From Candidatus Hydrogenedentales bacterium (GTDB lineage Bacteria > Hydrogenedentota > Hydrogenedentia > Hydrogenedentales > SLHB01), in contig JBMNGZ010000005.1 in NCBI GenBank assembly GCA_050950105.1, positions 684,168 to 748,167 on the forward strand: a stretch of 64,000 bases of DNA, read 5' to 3'. The position numbers and the translations under genes were made by a program. Shown here one piece after another: positions 10,368 through 20,912 of this stretch. A model generated the notes under the pieces. It did no database searches, was not told where the DNA came from, and saw only the letters and a program-made list of their open reading frames with translations. The stretch's first letter is position 1. Every line of letters starts with the position of its first letter.

Positions 10368-11330
10368 TCAAGCCCAGGTTATCGCGGTAACTTCTTCCGA
10401 AATGATGGCCTGCTTAAGGCATTCCACGGCCTTGCGCAGCCCTTCATTGTTGGACATGAGCGAGTCTTCGTGCTCGATGCTCAACACATAGTCATAGCCG
10501 ACCATGCGCAGGGTCGACACGAAATCCTTCCACCACTCGATGCTGTGGCCGTAGCCGCAGGTGCGGAAGAGCCACGAACGGTTGATCTCGTCGCCGTAGT
10601 GTTTGGTGTCGAGCACGCCATTGAGTCGGGCGTTCTGTTCGTATACCAGCACATCCTTGGCATGCACGTGGAAGATCGCCTCGCCCAGAGCGCGCACGAC
10701 GTCGATCGGATCCATGCCCTGCCAGAACAGATGGCTCGGGTCGAGGTTTGCGCCCAGATTGTTGCCGCAGGCTTCGCGGAGCTTCAGCATGGTCTCGGTG
10801 TTGTACACCACAAAGCCCGGGTGCAGCTCAAAGGCCACCTGAACGCCGTGATCTTTGGCGAATTTCGCCTGCTTGGTCCAGTACGGAATGACTTTCTCGT
10901 CCCACTGCCATTCCAAGGCTTCCAGGAAGTCCGGCGGCCAGGGGCAGGTGATCCACGAGGGGCGCTTGGCGCCTTCATCGGAACCCGGGCAGCCCGAAAA
11001 ATCGATGACGGTCTTCACGTCCATCATCTCCGCCAGCTTGATGGTGTCGGTCTGCACCTGCTGGCATTTCTGGGCGTATTCTTCGTCGGGGTGGAGGCAG
11101 TTGCCGTGGCAGCTCAGCGCGCTGAGGATCATGCCCTCGCCTTTGAGCATGGCCAGCAACTCGTCGCGCTTGGGCTTGGATTGCAGCAGTTCCTGAAGCG
11201 GCGCGTGCGGGTCGCCCGGGAAATTACCCGTGCCCAGCTCGACTGCTTCAAGGCCCAGCGGCCGCGTCAGTTCAAGGACTTTCTGAAGCGGCATGTCGCT
11301 ATACATCGCTGTGAGAAAACCCAGTTTCAT
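10368..11330 (-). CDS. Sugar phosphate isomerase/epimerase (xylose isomerase-like TIM barrel)
   Basis: LGLEAVELG ... FELHPG ... HVHAKD ... SIEHED pattern typical of the AP endonuclease 2 / xylose isomerase-like TIM barrel family. Confidence 0.7.
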   Translation of the reverse strand: MKLGFLTAMYSDMPLQKVLELTRPLGLEAVELGTGNFPGDPHAPLQELLQSKPKRDELLAMLKGEGMILSALSCHGNCLHPDEEYAQKCQQVQTDTIKLAEMMDVKTVIDFSGCPGSDEGAKRPSWITCPWPPDFLEALEWQWDEKVIPYWTKQAKFAKDHGVQVAFELHPGFVVYNTETMLKLREACGNNLGANLDPSHLFWQGMDPIDVVRALGEAIFHVHAKDVLVYEQNARLNGVLDTKHYGDEINRSWLFRTCGYGHSIEWWKDFVSTLRMVGYDYVLSIEHEDSLMSNNEGLRKAVECLKQAIISEEVTAITWA

Positions 11331-11588
11331 AGTCGTTCTCCCTCCTCTGGTTTAAATCTTCGCGGACATGACAACGCACCGTGCATCCAGCCGGGCGTTT
11401 TCCATGTTCATGCCCTCAGCCCGTGCAGTTCATCCAGTGTAATCAGACCTTCCCCAAATTTCACCCATAAAAGCCCGGCCAGACGCTGACGCAGCCGGAC
11501 CGGCGTATGCGTCGCGCCGGGATGGACACAAGATCCGGCCATCCCGGCGCGGCTGCTTGCTGTTCTGAGGCCCGGTTCCGAACTCAAG

Positions 11589-12755
11589 TCACTTCACCGT
11601 GACCCAACGCTTGGTCTTCGCGGCCTCTTCGACCGCGTCGAGCACCTTCTGGCATTTCACCGCGTCCTCGAAGGTCGGGTAATCATTCTTTTTGCGCCGG
11701 AGGCCCCGAAGGAATTCGTAAATCTCATGCACAAAGAGATGTTCGTAGCCAATCAGGTGTCCCGGCGGCCACCAGGCCTGGGTGTAGGGATGGCCGGAAT
11801 CCGTTGCCAGCACTTTCCGGAAGCCCTGCGTGGTCGCGGAGTCGGCGCAGTTGAAATAGTGGAACACGTTCATGTCTTCCTTGTTCCACAGCACCGAACC
11901 CTTACTGCCGTAGATCTCGATCGCGTTGTAATTGCGTCGGCCGGGAGCAAAACGCGTCGCTTCGAAGGTCGCCAGGGTGTTCGCCCCTTTGATGCGGGCC
12001 ACATAGGCCACCGCGTCGTCCACGTCCACCGTGTCGTATTTTTTCTGTTTCTTCCGGCCTTTCGCGCCCCACGCGCCCACGTCGCTGTCCGCGATAACGC
12101 GTTTCTTGACGAAGGTCTCCATCGTGGCCGCGAGTTCCGATACATCCCCCACCAGGAAATGGCACAGGTCGGTGATGTGGGCTCCGATGTCGCCCAGCGC
12201 TCCGCTGCCCGTGTGTTTCTTCTTCAGACGCCAGACCATCGGGAATTCGGGATCGGCGATCCAGTCCTGCTGGTACGCGGCACGGAAATGATAGATGTCG
12301 CCCAGCTCTTTTTTCGCGATCATGTTCTTGATCGTCTGTACCGCCGGCGCAAAGCGGTACGAGAATCCGCACATGTGCTTCACGCCCGCCTTTTCGGCGG
12401 CTTTCAGCATGTCCTGTGCTTCGGTCAGCGTGTTTGCCAGCGGCTTTTCGCACACGATGTGTTTCCCCGCTTTGGCCGCTTCGATGGCAATGGCCGGATG
12501 CAGGAAGTTCGGGGTGCAGATGTCCACGATGTCGATATCCGGACGGTTGACCACTTCTTTCCAGTCCAGCGAGGATTCCTGCCAGCCCCATTTCTCGGCG
12601 ACCGCTACCTCTTCCTCGAATTTTCCGCACAAGACCTTCATCACCGGCTCGACCGGGGCGTCGAAGAACATCCCGACCTGCCGCCAGGCGTTGCTGTGGG
12701 CTTTGCCCATGAACTGGGCGCCCACCAGGGCCACATTCACTTTTTTCTTGGCCAT
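11589..12755 (-). CDS. Gfo/Idh/MocA family NAD(P)-dependent oxidoreductase
   Basis: N-terminal Rossmann VNVALVGAQFMGKAHSNAW ... EKPLA motif. Confidence 0.85.
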   Translation of the reverse strand: MAKKKVNVALVGAQFMGKAHSNAWRQVGMFFDAPVEPVMKVLCGKFEEEVAVAEKWGWQESSLDWKEVVNRPDIDIVDICTPNFLHPAIAIEAAKAGKHIVCEKPLANTLTEAQDMLKAAEKAGVKHMCGFSYRFAPAVQTIKNMIAKKELGDIYHFRAAYQQDWIADPEFPMVWRLKKKHTGSGALGDIGAHITDLCHFLVGDVSELAATMETFVKKRVIADSDVGAWGAKGRKKQKKYDTVDVDDAVAYVARIKGANTLATFEATRFAPGRRNYNAIEIYGSKGSVLWNKEDMNVFHYFNCADSATTQGFRKVLATDSGHPYTQAWWPPGHLIGYEHLFVHEIYEFLRGLRRKKNDYPTFEDAVKCQKVLDAVEEAAKTKRWVTVK

Positions 12756-13052
12756 ACTTCTCCCTCCTCCACGGTTATTCGGTTGCTGCCTTTGCAGGAC
12801 TTCCTATTATAGGAACGCTTGTCTCGAATGCCAAGTGCCATTTGATTCGAAATTCTGCTTCAGACCGCGCTGGGCGACCCCGCAATATTTCCTGGCTCCA
12901 ACGCGGCATTTTTCCTGCTGCGCAGACGCTTGGGCGTTGTGTGCCATGAGCGCAACAGCTATACTTCGCCGTATCACACGATGTACCCCCGCCAGTTTTC
13001 TCTGTTGGATGCTAAGCGGGCGGTTGCCTCGAAAAAGACGGGCGATGCGCAC

Positions 13053-13856
13053 ATGGATGTCGTGAAAGTCATTATTTTTGCTGTGGTCGAAGGGATAACC
13101 GAGTTTCTGCCCATCAGCAGCACCGGCCACATGATTCTGCTCGAGCGAGTGCTGCAATTCCGGCAGAGCGAGCGCTTTCCGGCCGTGTTCATGGTGGTCA
13201 TTCAGCTGCCGGCCATACTGGCGGTGGTGCTCTATTTCTGGTCGACCCTGTGGCCGTTCGGAAAGTCGCGAGAAGAGTGCGCCGCTGCCTTCGGACTCTG
13301 GGCCCGGATCGTTGTGGCCGTTCTTCCTGCGGTGGTGCTGGGGCTCCTGTTCGATGATTTTATCGAGGAAAAACTGTTTAATCCCCTGGTTGTGGCGAGT
13401 GCCCTGTTCGTTGGTGGCGTGGTCTTGATCCTGCTCGAGCGCGGCGATCGTAAGCCTCGCTTTGAACACGCGGGGGAGGCAGGATTCGGCCGCGCGCTGG
13501 CCGTCGGATTCTTTCAATGCCTGGCCATGATTCCCGGTACCTCTCGCTCTGCCGCCACCATCATTGGCGGCATGCTGCTGGGGGCAAGCCGTTCGGCAGC
13601 CGCAGAATTTTCCTTCTTCCTCGCCATTCCCACCATGTTAGGCGCCACCACGCTGAAAATCGCAAAAACCGGCGCTGCTTTTGCTCCCATGGAATGGGTG
13701 CTGCTGGCCATCGGCTCCGTGGTTGCGTTCGGGGTGGGATATGCCGTCGTGGCCTTTTTTATGAACTACATCCGCCGGCACGATTTCAAAGTGTTTGGCT
13801 ACTACCGAATTGTATTGGCCCTGGCGGTGTTTGCATACTTCTACTTCACAGGGTAA
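13053..13856 (+). CDS. uppP: Undecaprenyl-diphosphatase (BacA/UppP)
   Basis: VVEGITEFLPISSTGHMIL ... multi-TM ... GTSRSAATIIGGMLLG motif. Confidence 0.85.
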   Translation: MDVVKVIIFAVVEGITEFLPISSTGHMILLERVLQFRQSERFPAVFMVVIQLPAILAVVLYFWSTLWPFGKSREECAAAFGLWARIVVAVLPAVVLGLLFDDFIEEKLFNPLVVASALFVGGVVLILLERGDRKPRFEHAGEAGFGRALAVGFFQCLAMIPGTSRSAATIIGGMLLGASRSAAAEFSFFLAIPTMLGATTLKIAKTGAAFAPMEWVLLAIGSVVAFGVGYAVVAFFMNYIRRHDFKVFGYYRIVLALAVFAYFYFTG

Positions 13857-14111
13857 TGTTCACGCGTATGCATGACACCAGACGACGCGGGACGTTTTCA
13901 TGAATACCAACACCGCGAGACACGTCCTTAACGTGATGGCGGTGCTCCGGCTGGCAGCTTCGCGAATGTCGGCGAGTTCTTCTGCAAGCAGGCTGACAAC
14001 GCGGAAGGGTCTAGAAGGTAGAATGAACGTGTTTGGTCGTGACTGTACAGGGATTTCCTCAAAGGCGCCGCGATCGCGCGGATGTGATTTTGAAAGATTT
14101 CTTCGGAGACT

Positions 14112-15344
14112 TTGATGATGCGAACACTCCTTTTCCCGTCATTCCTGCTCGCCCTGGCCCTGACTCTGTCTCTCTCTGCGGCAGCGGCCTCGCTGCTGGA
14201 AAGCGAGGAAACCACCAAGGCGGAGACCCTCAAACTTCTTGATGGGTCCACCGGGAAGGCTCGTTTTGTTGGCTTGGCCACGGTTAACTCCGATCAGGAC
14301 TTACTCCAGGATATCCTTCTCGTGGATGAGCTGGGGACGGTCTGGGTTCTGTTGAACGAAGGCGAATGCAATTTCGCCAAACCGCGGCGGATCGCAGGCC
14401 CGGTGAATTCGGTACCGGGCCCCGTTTCACTGGAGCTGTCCGATGTGGACCTCGACAACGACGAGGATATCATGATCGCGAACAGCCTGGGTGCGATCTA
14501 TCTGGTCATGGCCGAAGGGCGGGGCCGGTATCGCGACATGGTAAAAATATCGCAGGAACTCAATGCCGTGAGCGGGCCTGTGCATGTTCGTGCGTCGGAC
14601 ATCGACCTCGATAACGATGAGGACATCATCGTCGGCAACACCGAGGGGATTTTATACAAAATCGAAAACGTCGGCCTGGGGAAATTTGGAGGCGCCACGC
14701 TGCTCACCCGGATCCCCGGCATGGCGCCCGGCCCATACAATTTCGTGCTGACCGACTTGGATTTTGACAACGACGACGAGATTATCCTGGTCGATTCCCA
14801 GGAGAACGTGTTCCTGCTGGAAAATCTCCGGGGCCGCTTCGCTTCCCCCAAAAAAATTGCCGGACCGCTCACCAAACAGCCGGGACCCGTGCAGATCGAG
14901 GTGGCTGACTACAATTACAACGGTCACGACGATTTGATCATCATGGGCGGCTCAGGGGCGGTGGTGCTTCTCGAAAACAAAGGAAAGGGGGCGTTTTCTT
15001 CGACCCCGAAGCAGCTCGTGCCCCCCCTCGGTCCAGAAGGCGGCGAACGCATCATGGCGATGTCAGACATGGATACCGCCACCAGCGAAGACATCGTCGT
15101 CGTGAACACCAAAGGCTGGGTATTTCTCATCGAAAACGATGGCCAGGGAGGAGCGCAAAAACCGCAGTGCCTGACCGATTCACTCGCGATGGCCCCGGGG
15201 CCCGCTTCCGTTACACGTGAAGATCTGAATGGCGATGGTTTCGAAGACACGCTGATTCTCGACGGAGCGGGTAACCTGTTTCTCGTGCTGGGCATCTTCG
15301 ATCCGCTGGAAGAACGGCTGCGCGGCATGGAAGATGACCTGTAA
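14112..15344 (+). CDS. Secreted FG-GAP/VCBS-type beta-propeller repeat protein
   Basis: Signal peptide present. At least 5 repeats of D(L/I)D(N/F)DxDxDI...GxxxG (SDVDLDNDEDIMIANSLG, SDIDLDNDEDIIVGNTEG, TDLDFDNDDEIILVD, EDLNGDGFED). Confidence 0.6.
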   Translation: MMMRTLLFPSFLLALALTLSLSAAAASLLESEETTKAETLKLLDGSTGKARFVGLATVNSDQDLLQDILLVDELGTVWVLLNEGECNFAKPRRIAGPVNSVPGPVSLELSDVDLDNDEDIMIANSLGAIYLVMAEGRGRYRDMVKISQELNAVSGPVHVRASDIDLDNDEDIIVGNTEGILYKIENVGLGKFGGATLLTRIPGMAPGPYNFVLTDLDFDNDDEIILVDSQENVFLLENLRGRFASPKKIAGPLTKQPGPVQIEVADYNYNGHDDLIIMGGSGAVVLLENKGKGAFSSTPKQLVPPLGPEGGERIMAMSDMDTATSEDIVVVNTKGWVFLIENDGQGGAQKPQCLTDSLAMAPGPASVTREDLNGDGFEDTLILDGAGNLFLVLGIFDPLEERLRGMEDDL

Positions 15345-15607
15345 TTCGAGCCAGGACCTCCAAATGGCACAGCGCAGGCGCCATACAGCAAGTTCTGTCG
15401 TAGGATGGGCGCCTCTCCGCGCCGAGTCACAGTCTTGAATCCTGACCCGTCGGCATGCTCCAGCGCCATGTTCCCGGTTGCTCCGGGGCGTCATTCCCGG
15501 CCGCTTGCCGTGTCTTCGATTTGCCGCTGCCATGACTTGAGAAACGGGCAATTGCTTCCGTAGACTGAAGCCGGGCCGCAATCGCAACATTCAGGGGATG
15601 ACACGCC

Positions 15608-16867
15608 ATGAAAGATCGCTGTAAGGCACTGCTCAAAGAAGTGCAGCACCACCTCCGCGAAGAGTTGATTCCATTCTGGATGACCCACGGGGTCGACGAG
15701 GAATATGGGGGATACCTGACGTATTTTGACAAAGACGGCAATCCCACGGGCGAAACCCTCAAAACCCTCGTGTGCCAGACCCGAATGATCTTCACATTTT
15801 CGTCCATGTTCCGCGCGGGATACGGCGGACAAAAGGCCCTCGAAATCGCCCGGCAGGGGGTCGATTTCCTGCTTGAATACATGTGGGACAACACGCATGG
15901 CGGCTGGTACTGGACCGTCGAGCGCGATGGCAGCCCTGCCAACCGGAGCAAGCTGGGCTACGGCCATTCGTTCGGCGTCTACGCGCTGAGCGAGTATCAG
16001 ATGGCCACAGGCGACCCGCGCGGGCTCGAGTGGGCCATGCGAAACTACGAAATCCTGCAGACCCACATGGCCGACAATTGCTACGGCGGCTACTACGAGT
16101 TTCTCGAGGAAGACTTTCAAAAAAAACGCCCCGGCAAATACGGCGGCGACCGAAAGTCCTTCGATATTCACATGCACCTGATGGAGGCCTTTACCAACCT
16201 CTATGAGGCCTCAGGCGCGCACGTGATTCACGACCGAACCGAAGAGATGATCCAGCTTCTGTTCGCTCGTATCATCGACCCCGAGTTCGGCACCGGTATC
16301 GCCCAGTTTGCGCTGGACTGGACGCCGCTGAGGGCGATCCTCTTCGCCGATGTCTGGGGCTCGGATCGCGACGTGGGCGACGAAGCGGGGCGGCCCATGA
16401 ACAACACCAGCTTCGGACACAATGTCGAGTTCGCATGGCTCTTGAACCACACGCTGAACATCCTGGGCAAAGAGCGCAGCGGCTACCTCGAGGCCTTCCG
16501 GAAAATCTACGATCATTGCCACCGCTATGGCATCGACTGGGAGCGCGGCGGCGTCTACTGTGAAGGCCCCCACGACGGGCCGGCCCGAGAGAAAAACAAG
16601 GAATTCTGGCAACAGGCCGAATGCCTGGTGGGCATGCTCGACGCCTACCTTCTCTTTGGCGACGAAAAATATCTTGATGCCTACGAGAATGTCCACCGCT
16701 TCGTGATGGATCACGTTATCAACCACGAGGTCGGCGAGTGGTATCCGCTCTTCGACGAAAACAATAACCGGCTGTGGGATTACATGGGACATGCGTGGAA
16801 GATCAACTATCACACCGTGCGTTCCATGATTCAGTGCGAGAAACGTCTCATGAAGATTGTGGGGTAA
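15608..16867 (+). CDS. N-acylglucosamine 2-epimerase (AGE) superfamily protein (AGE / cellobiose 2-epimerase / sulfoquinovose isomerase-like)
   Basis: (alpha/alpha)6 barrel motifs: LIPFWMTHGVDEEYGGYLTYFDKDG ... KTLVCQTRMIFTFS ... GGWYW ... HSFGVYALSEY. Confidence 0.7.
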   Translation: MKDRCKALLKEVQHHLREELIPFWMTHGVDEEYGGYLTYFDKDGNPTGETLKTLVCQTRMIFTFSSMFRAGYGGQKALEIARQGVDFLLEYMWDNTHGGWYWTVERDGSPANRSKLGYGHSFGVYALSEYQMATGDPRGLEWAMRNYEILQTHMADNCYGGYYEFLEEDFQKKRPGKYGGDRKSFDIHMHLMEAFTNLYEASGAHVIHDRTEEMIQLLFARIIDPEFGTGIAQFALDWTPLRAILFADVWGSDRDVGDEAGRPMNNTSFGHNVEFAWLLNHTLNILGKERSGYLEAFRKIYDHCHRYGIDWERGGVYCEGPHDGPAREKNKEFWQQAECLVGMLDAYLLFGDEKYLDAYENVHRFVMDHVINHEVGEWYPLFDENNNRLWDYMGHAWKINYHTVRSMIQCEKRLMKIVG

Positions 16868-17052
16868 GGAGGCGCGCGTCACGTCCCTCACTCTGTGTGC
16901 GCTGTACCTCTATGGGAGGCGTTCGGAAGCAATCAGCCACAGAGAACACAGAGAACGCGCAGGTAGAGAGGGGGAGGCGTGAGTGCGGGGTAGCGACCCG
17001 TCATGAACAGGGCGCCCATGTCGCTGCGAAGGCCACGCCGCCGTGACTGCGG

Positions 17053-19086
17053 GTGGAGGAGATGTTTATGACGGAACCTCAATCGGATGCCGTTGACGCA
17101 CGCGCGACCCTTTTGGGCGCGTCGGTCTTTCTCTTTTTCATTCAACTGCTGACACTGTGGATCGAGAGCATCTACCGGCTGAGTCTGGTTGAACTGCGCC
17201 CCGGAAAAGAGGTGTTGGGACTGCTCTTTGTGCTGTCTCCGCTGGTGGCGCTGTCTGCCGGGCGAGGCGCGCAGCGCTGGCTGTTCCCGGGCAGTCTCGT
17301 CGTGATGTTTGTGGCGCGAGCGCTCTGTCCAGTCCTCGGTGGGCCGGCCCTGATCCTTGTCGCAGGAGCGGGCACGGGCGCTTTTCTCGTTGCGGTCTGC
17401 TGTCTGCCGCTCGAGGGGTCCCGAGTCTCGCCAAAGAGCCTTGGTCTCGGCCTGGCGATAGCCGTGCTCCTGTCGATCGTGTTGCGGGCGTGGGGGTCCT
17501 CGCTCGACATCTCGATGGGGAGGCAGGGAGATGTTCTGGCGTGGGCCCTTGTGGCCTGCGCGGCATTTCTGTGCAAGGGTACGCTTTCCGGCCCCGGAAC
17601 CGGCGAAACGGCGTCATCCGGCACGCTGCTCGGTCGTCTGGCCGCATCCATTCTCCTCTTCTCAAACCTTGCGGTCGTCTATCTCGTCCTGTCGAGCCCT
17701 GTCGTGGTGACGGCCTGGTCGGGAAGCAGTTATCTCACCGGCCTGTTCCTCATCTCACTCTCCTTCGGATTGACCCTGCTTTTTTGCGCCGGCGGGCTGC
17801 GCAGCCCGGTCCCGTTGTCCCGCGGCGTGCTGGTCATCTGGAATGGGGCGTTCCTGGCAGCCCTTCTGAGCGGCATACTGCTGCACCGGGTGGACTTTCC
17901 GGATTCTCCGACTGCCCCGGTGCTGATAGTGCATCCCACGGCGTGGCCGTATCACATCCCCTTTTATCTCATGTTTCTGTTGTCTCCGGTCGTCATATTT
18001 AACGTCATGGCCGCGTTCAGGCGGGCGGCGGGTGCGAGTCCGCGCGCACAGGCGCTGCCCGTCCTGTTGGGCGCGTTCTTCCTCGTCGTGATCACGCTGC
18101 TCTTGATCTTCACCAACACGTGGGGCTACACAGGCGCCCTGGGACACGCGCTCCGGAACCGGTTTTACCTGCCCTTTGCCCTGTTGGGCGCGGGGATGCT
18201 CGTCCCCTGGCTGCTCCCCGTGTGGCCGACTGCGTTTTCGCTTCGCCAAGCCGGCCCGCGGTGCATTCCTCTCGGGGTTTTCGCGCTGGCCATTGGCCTG
18301 TTTGCCATCGCCGGCGCGGCGTATCGGAGCGCAGGGGCGCGCCATCCCCCGACCCGCCCCGACACCGTGACCGTGCTTACGTACAACATGCAGCAGGGAA
18401 CAGATGTGGAAGGCCATCAAAGCCTGCAGCGCCAGCTCGCATTTCTCCGAATGGTGGATGCGGACATCATCGGTCTGCAGGAGAGCGACGCGGCGCGGCC
18501 GTCGCTGGGTCACACGGATGCACCGAGATTTTTCGCCGAGGGATTGGGATACCACGTGTATTATGGTCCCAACACCATCTCGGGGACATTCGGGACCGCC
18601 ATCCTCTCGCGCTATCCCCTGGAAAACCCGCGAACGTTCTTCACCTACAGCACCATCGATGAAATCGGTACCGCGGTGGCCGAGATCCAGGTCGGCGACC
18701 GCCGCATCGGCCTGTTCAACAACCACCCGGCCGGGCCGGAGGAGGTCAAACGCGCCCACGCCGAGGCCCTCGTGAACGAATGCGCCCCATATAAACACGT
18801 GATCACCATGGGCGACCACAACACGCGCCCCGACAGTCCCGCCTATGCCATAGTGGCGGACGTGCTGTCGGAAACCTGGCTGCAGAGGTATCCCGACGGC
18901 AATGGACCACCGCACCCGAGCTGGCCGGGAAGTACGCCCGAGAATCGCGGCTACGACATCCGCACGAGACGCATCGACTACGTGTTCGCATCGCCCGGCT
19001 TCGAGGTTCTCGAGTCGTATTATGTGCTTTCCCCCGATTCAGAAACCGACCACCCGGCCCACTGGTCCGTCTTGCGGTGGAAATAG
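17053..19086 (+). CDS. Polytopic membrane protein (~10-12 TM) with C-terminal endonuclease/exonuclease/phosphatase (EEP) domain
   Basis: N-terminal 430 aa hydrophobic. C-terminal VTVLTYNMQQG ... GLQE ... NNHP ... MGDHNT ... IDYVFASP ... DHPAHW are EEP-family catalytic motifs. Confidence 0.65.
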   Translation: MEEMFMTEPQSDAVDARATLLGASVFLFFIQLLTLWIESIYRLSLVELRPGKEVLGLLFVLSPLVALSAGRGAQRWLFPGSLVVMFVARALCPVLGGPALILVAGAGTGAFLVAVCCLPLEGSRVSPKSLGLGLAIAVLLSIVLRAWGSSLDISMGRQGDVLAWALVACAAFLCKGTLSGPGTGETASSGTLLGRLAASILLFSNLAVVYLVLSSPVVVTAWSGSSYLTGLFLISLSFGLTLLFCAGGLRSPVPLSRGVLVIWNGAFLAALLSGILLHRVDFPDSPTAPVLIVHPTAWPYHIPFYLMFLLSPVVIFNVMAAFRRAAGASPRAQALPVLLGAFFLVVITLLLIFTNTWGYTGALGHALRNRFYLPFALLGAGMLVPWLLPVWPTAFSLRQAGPRCIPLGVFALAIGLFAIAGAAYRSAGARHPPTRPDTVTVLTYNMQQGTDVEGHQSLQRQLAFLRMVDADIIGLQESDAARPSLGHTDAPRFFAEGLGYHVYYGPNTISGTFGTAILSRYPLENPRTFFTYSTIDEIGTAVAEIQVGDRRIGLFNNHPAGPEEVKRAHAEALVNECAPYKHVITMGDHNTRPDSPAYAIVADVLSETWLQRYPDGNGPPHPSWPGSTPENRGYDIRTRRIDYVFASPGFEVLESYYVLSPDSETDHPAHWSVLRWK

Positions 19087-19228
19087 AGCCCGGGCCGCGA
19101 TTTGGGAAGGTTGCGCTTACTTCCGATGTCAGCCCCCATGGGCCAGGGCGCACCGGCCTCGAGTATCCTTGATTTTCCGCGGGGAAAACCCCACGATACG
19201 TTTGGGCACGCAACCAGGAGGACGAAGC

Positions 19229-20824
19229 ATGCGCAGGACGGTTTTGCTTGTTTGTGTTGGCGTTATCGTGGGATGCCTTGCCGCCGGGGCGGCGGAAACG
19301 GCCGCGCTGGAAAAAGCCCGATTCCTCGACAAATGCCGCGGCGCGTGGGCCGGGCAGATGTTCGGCGTATGCTTTGGCGCGCCGTACGAGTTCCGCTTCA
19401 ACGGAATGACCATCGACGAAGAACTGCGCCCCTGGAAACCGGAATATATCGCGGGCGCCCTCCAGCAGGATGATTGCTATGTCGAGATGACCTTTTTGAA
19501 GGCGCTGGAGGACCACGGCCTGGACATCACCTACGAGCAGGCCGGGCTGGCCTTCGCACAAACGGAATATCCCCTCTGGCACGCCAACTACTACGGCCGG
19601 GAAAACGTGCGGGCCGGCATCATGCCGCCGATGTCCGGCCATCCACTGTACAACCGACATGCCGACGACATCGACTTCCAGATCGAGGCCGATCTCTTCG
19701 GGATCTTGTGCCCGGGGCTGCCCGGCGAATCGAACCGGCTCTGTGACATCTTCGGCCGTATCATGAACTACGGCGACGGCCTGTACGGCGGCATGTTCGT
19801 GGCGGGAATGTATGCGGCGGCGTATTTTGAAGACGAAGACGTTCATGCCGTTCTCCGTGCTGGCCTGGACTGCATACCGCCCGAATCGCAGTATCGGAAA
19901 TGCATCGAGGATGTGATCGCGTGGCATGAGCGGTCGCCCGGCGACTGGCGGGCGACGTGGCAGCGGATCGAGGACAAATGGCAGGACGATATCGACTGCA
20001 TGCCGGGTAACCCTTTCAATATTGACGCAAAGCTCAACGGAGCGTATATCGCTGTGGGGCTTCTCTACGGAGAAGGCGACCTGCTGCGCACGGCCGAAAT
20101 CGCCACGCGTTGTGGCCAGGACACCGACTGCAATGCATCCAACGCGGCGGGCGTTTTGGGCTGCATGAAGGGCTTCCATGCGATGGGGGCCGAGTTCACC
20201 TCCGGCATCGAAGCCATTCGACACGAGAAGTTCATCCATACCGACTACGGCTTTGACACGCTGATCGAGGCCTGCCAGGCCGTCACAGAAAAAATCATCG
20301 CACGAACCGGCGGACGCGTTGAAGGCGACGTGTACCATATCCGGCGGCAGCCGCCTTCGCCTCCCATTACGCTGGAACAATGGGTGCATCAGGAAGAAGT
20401 GCTGCGAACCGTGATCACGCCCACCGAAATGCGCCTGTGGAACCCCGAATGGCGCGTTGTCGCCTGTGGTTTTGATATGGACCCGGGGGTTCGAGGTAGT
20501 TGGGGCGGCGTAGACAAGGTACTGGTCCTGCATCCTGTAAACGAGGAGGAGCCCGCCGCGATTGACGCCGTGCTCGAGGTGCCCGCCGACGCGAAAGAGC
20601 TCGTAGCAACGGTGGCATCGGACCGCCGAGGCGATTTCCTGCTCCGGGTGCTTATAGACAGCGAACTGGCATTTGAGTCGCTCATCGACAGCCAGGGAGA
20701 ATGGCAGGAAGTGGCCGTCGAGCTGGCCCCGTACGCAGGCAAGGCCGTCCCGGTTCGCATCGAGAATGTCGCCAACGACTGGCGCTTTGAGGCCGCCTAC
20801 ATCGCTTCGATCACGGTGCGGTAA
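19229..20824 (+). CDS. Secreted ADP-ribosylglycohydrolase (ARH/DraG) family protein with long C-terminal extension
   Basis: RBS aggagga upstream. Signal peptide MRRTVLLVCVGVIVGCLAAGAA. Motifs DKCRGAWAGQMFGVCFGAPYEF and CGQDTDCNASNAAGVLGCMKG match ARH-family N- and C-terminal motifs. Confidence 0.65.
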   Translation: MRRTVLLVCVGVIVGCLAAGAAETAALEKARFLDKCRGAWAGQMFGVCFGAPYEFRFNGMTIDEELRPWKPEYIAGALQQDDCYVEMTFLKALEDHGLDITYEQAGLAFAQTEYPLWHANYYGRENVRAGIMPPMSGHPLYNRHADDIDFQIEADLFGILCPGLPGESNRLCDIFGRIMNYGDGLYGGMFVAGMYAAAYFEDEDVHAVLRAGLDCIPPESQYRKCIEDVIAWHERSPGDWRATWQRIEDKWQDDIDCMPGNPFNIDAKLNGAYIAVGLLYGEGDLLRTAEIATRCGQDTDCNASNAAGVLGCMKGFHAMGAEFTSGIEAIRHEKFIHTDYGFDTLIEACQAVTEKIIARTGGRVEGDVYHIRRQPPSPPITLEQWVHQEEVLRTVITPTEMRLWNPEWRVVACGFDMDPGVRGSWGGVDKVLVLHPVNEEEPAAIDAVLEVPADAKELVATVASDRRGDFLLRVLIDSELAFESLIDSQGEWQEVAVELAPYAGKAVPVRIENVANDWRFEAAYIASITVR

Positions 20825-20912
20825 GCTTATCTCGCGGTGCAACCGCGCCCCTGCACCTGTGCTGTGAATTGCGGTTGCCGAGCCGGAATGTCCACGACAG
20901 GAGAACGCGGAT

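Noticed and set aside
12295-13065. ORF 12295..13065 (256 aa, Cys/Ser-rich) as a gene
   Set aside because: It lies opposite the Gfo/Idh/MocA gene and the uppP promoter. Composition is non-protein-like. It is a shadow ORF.
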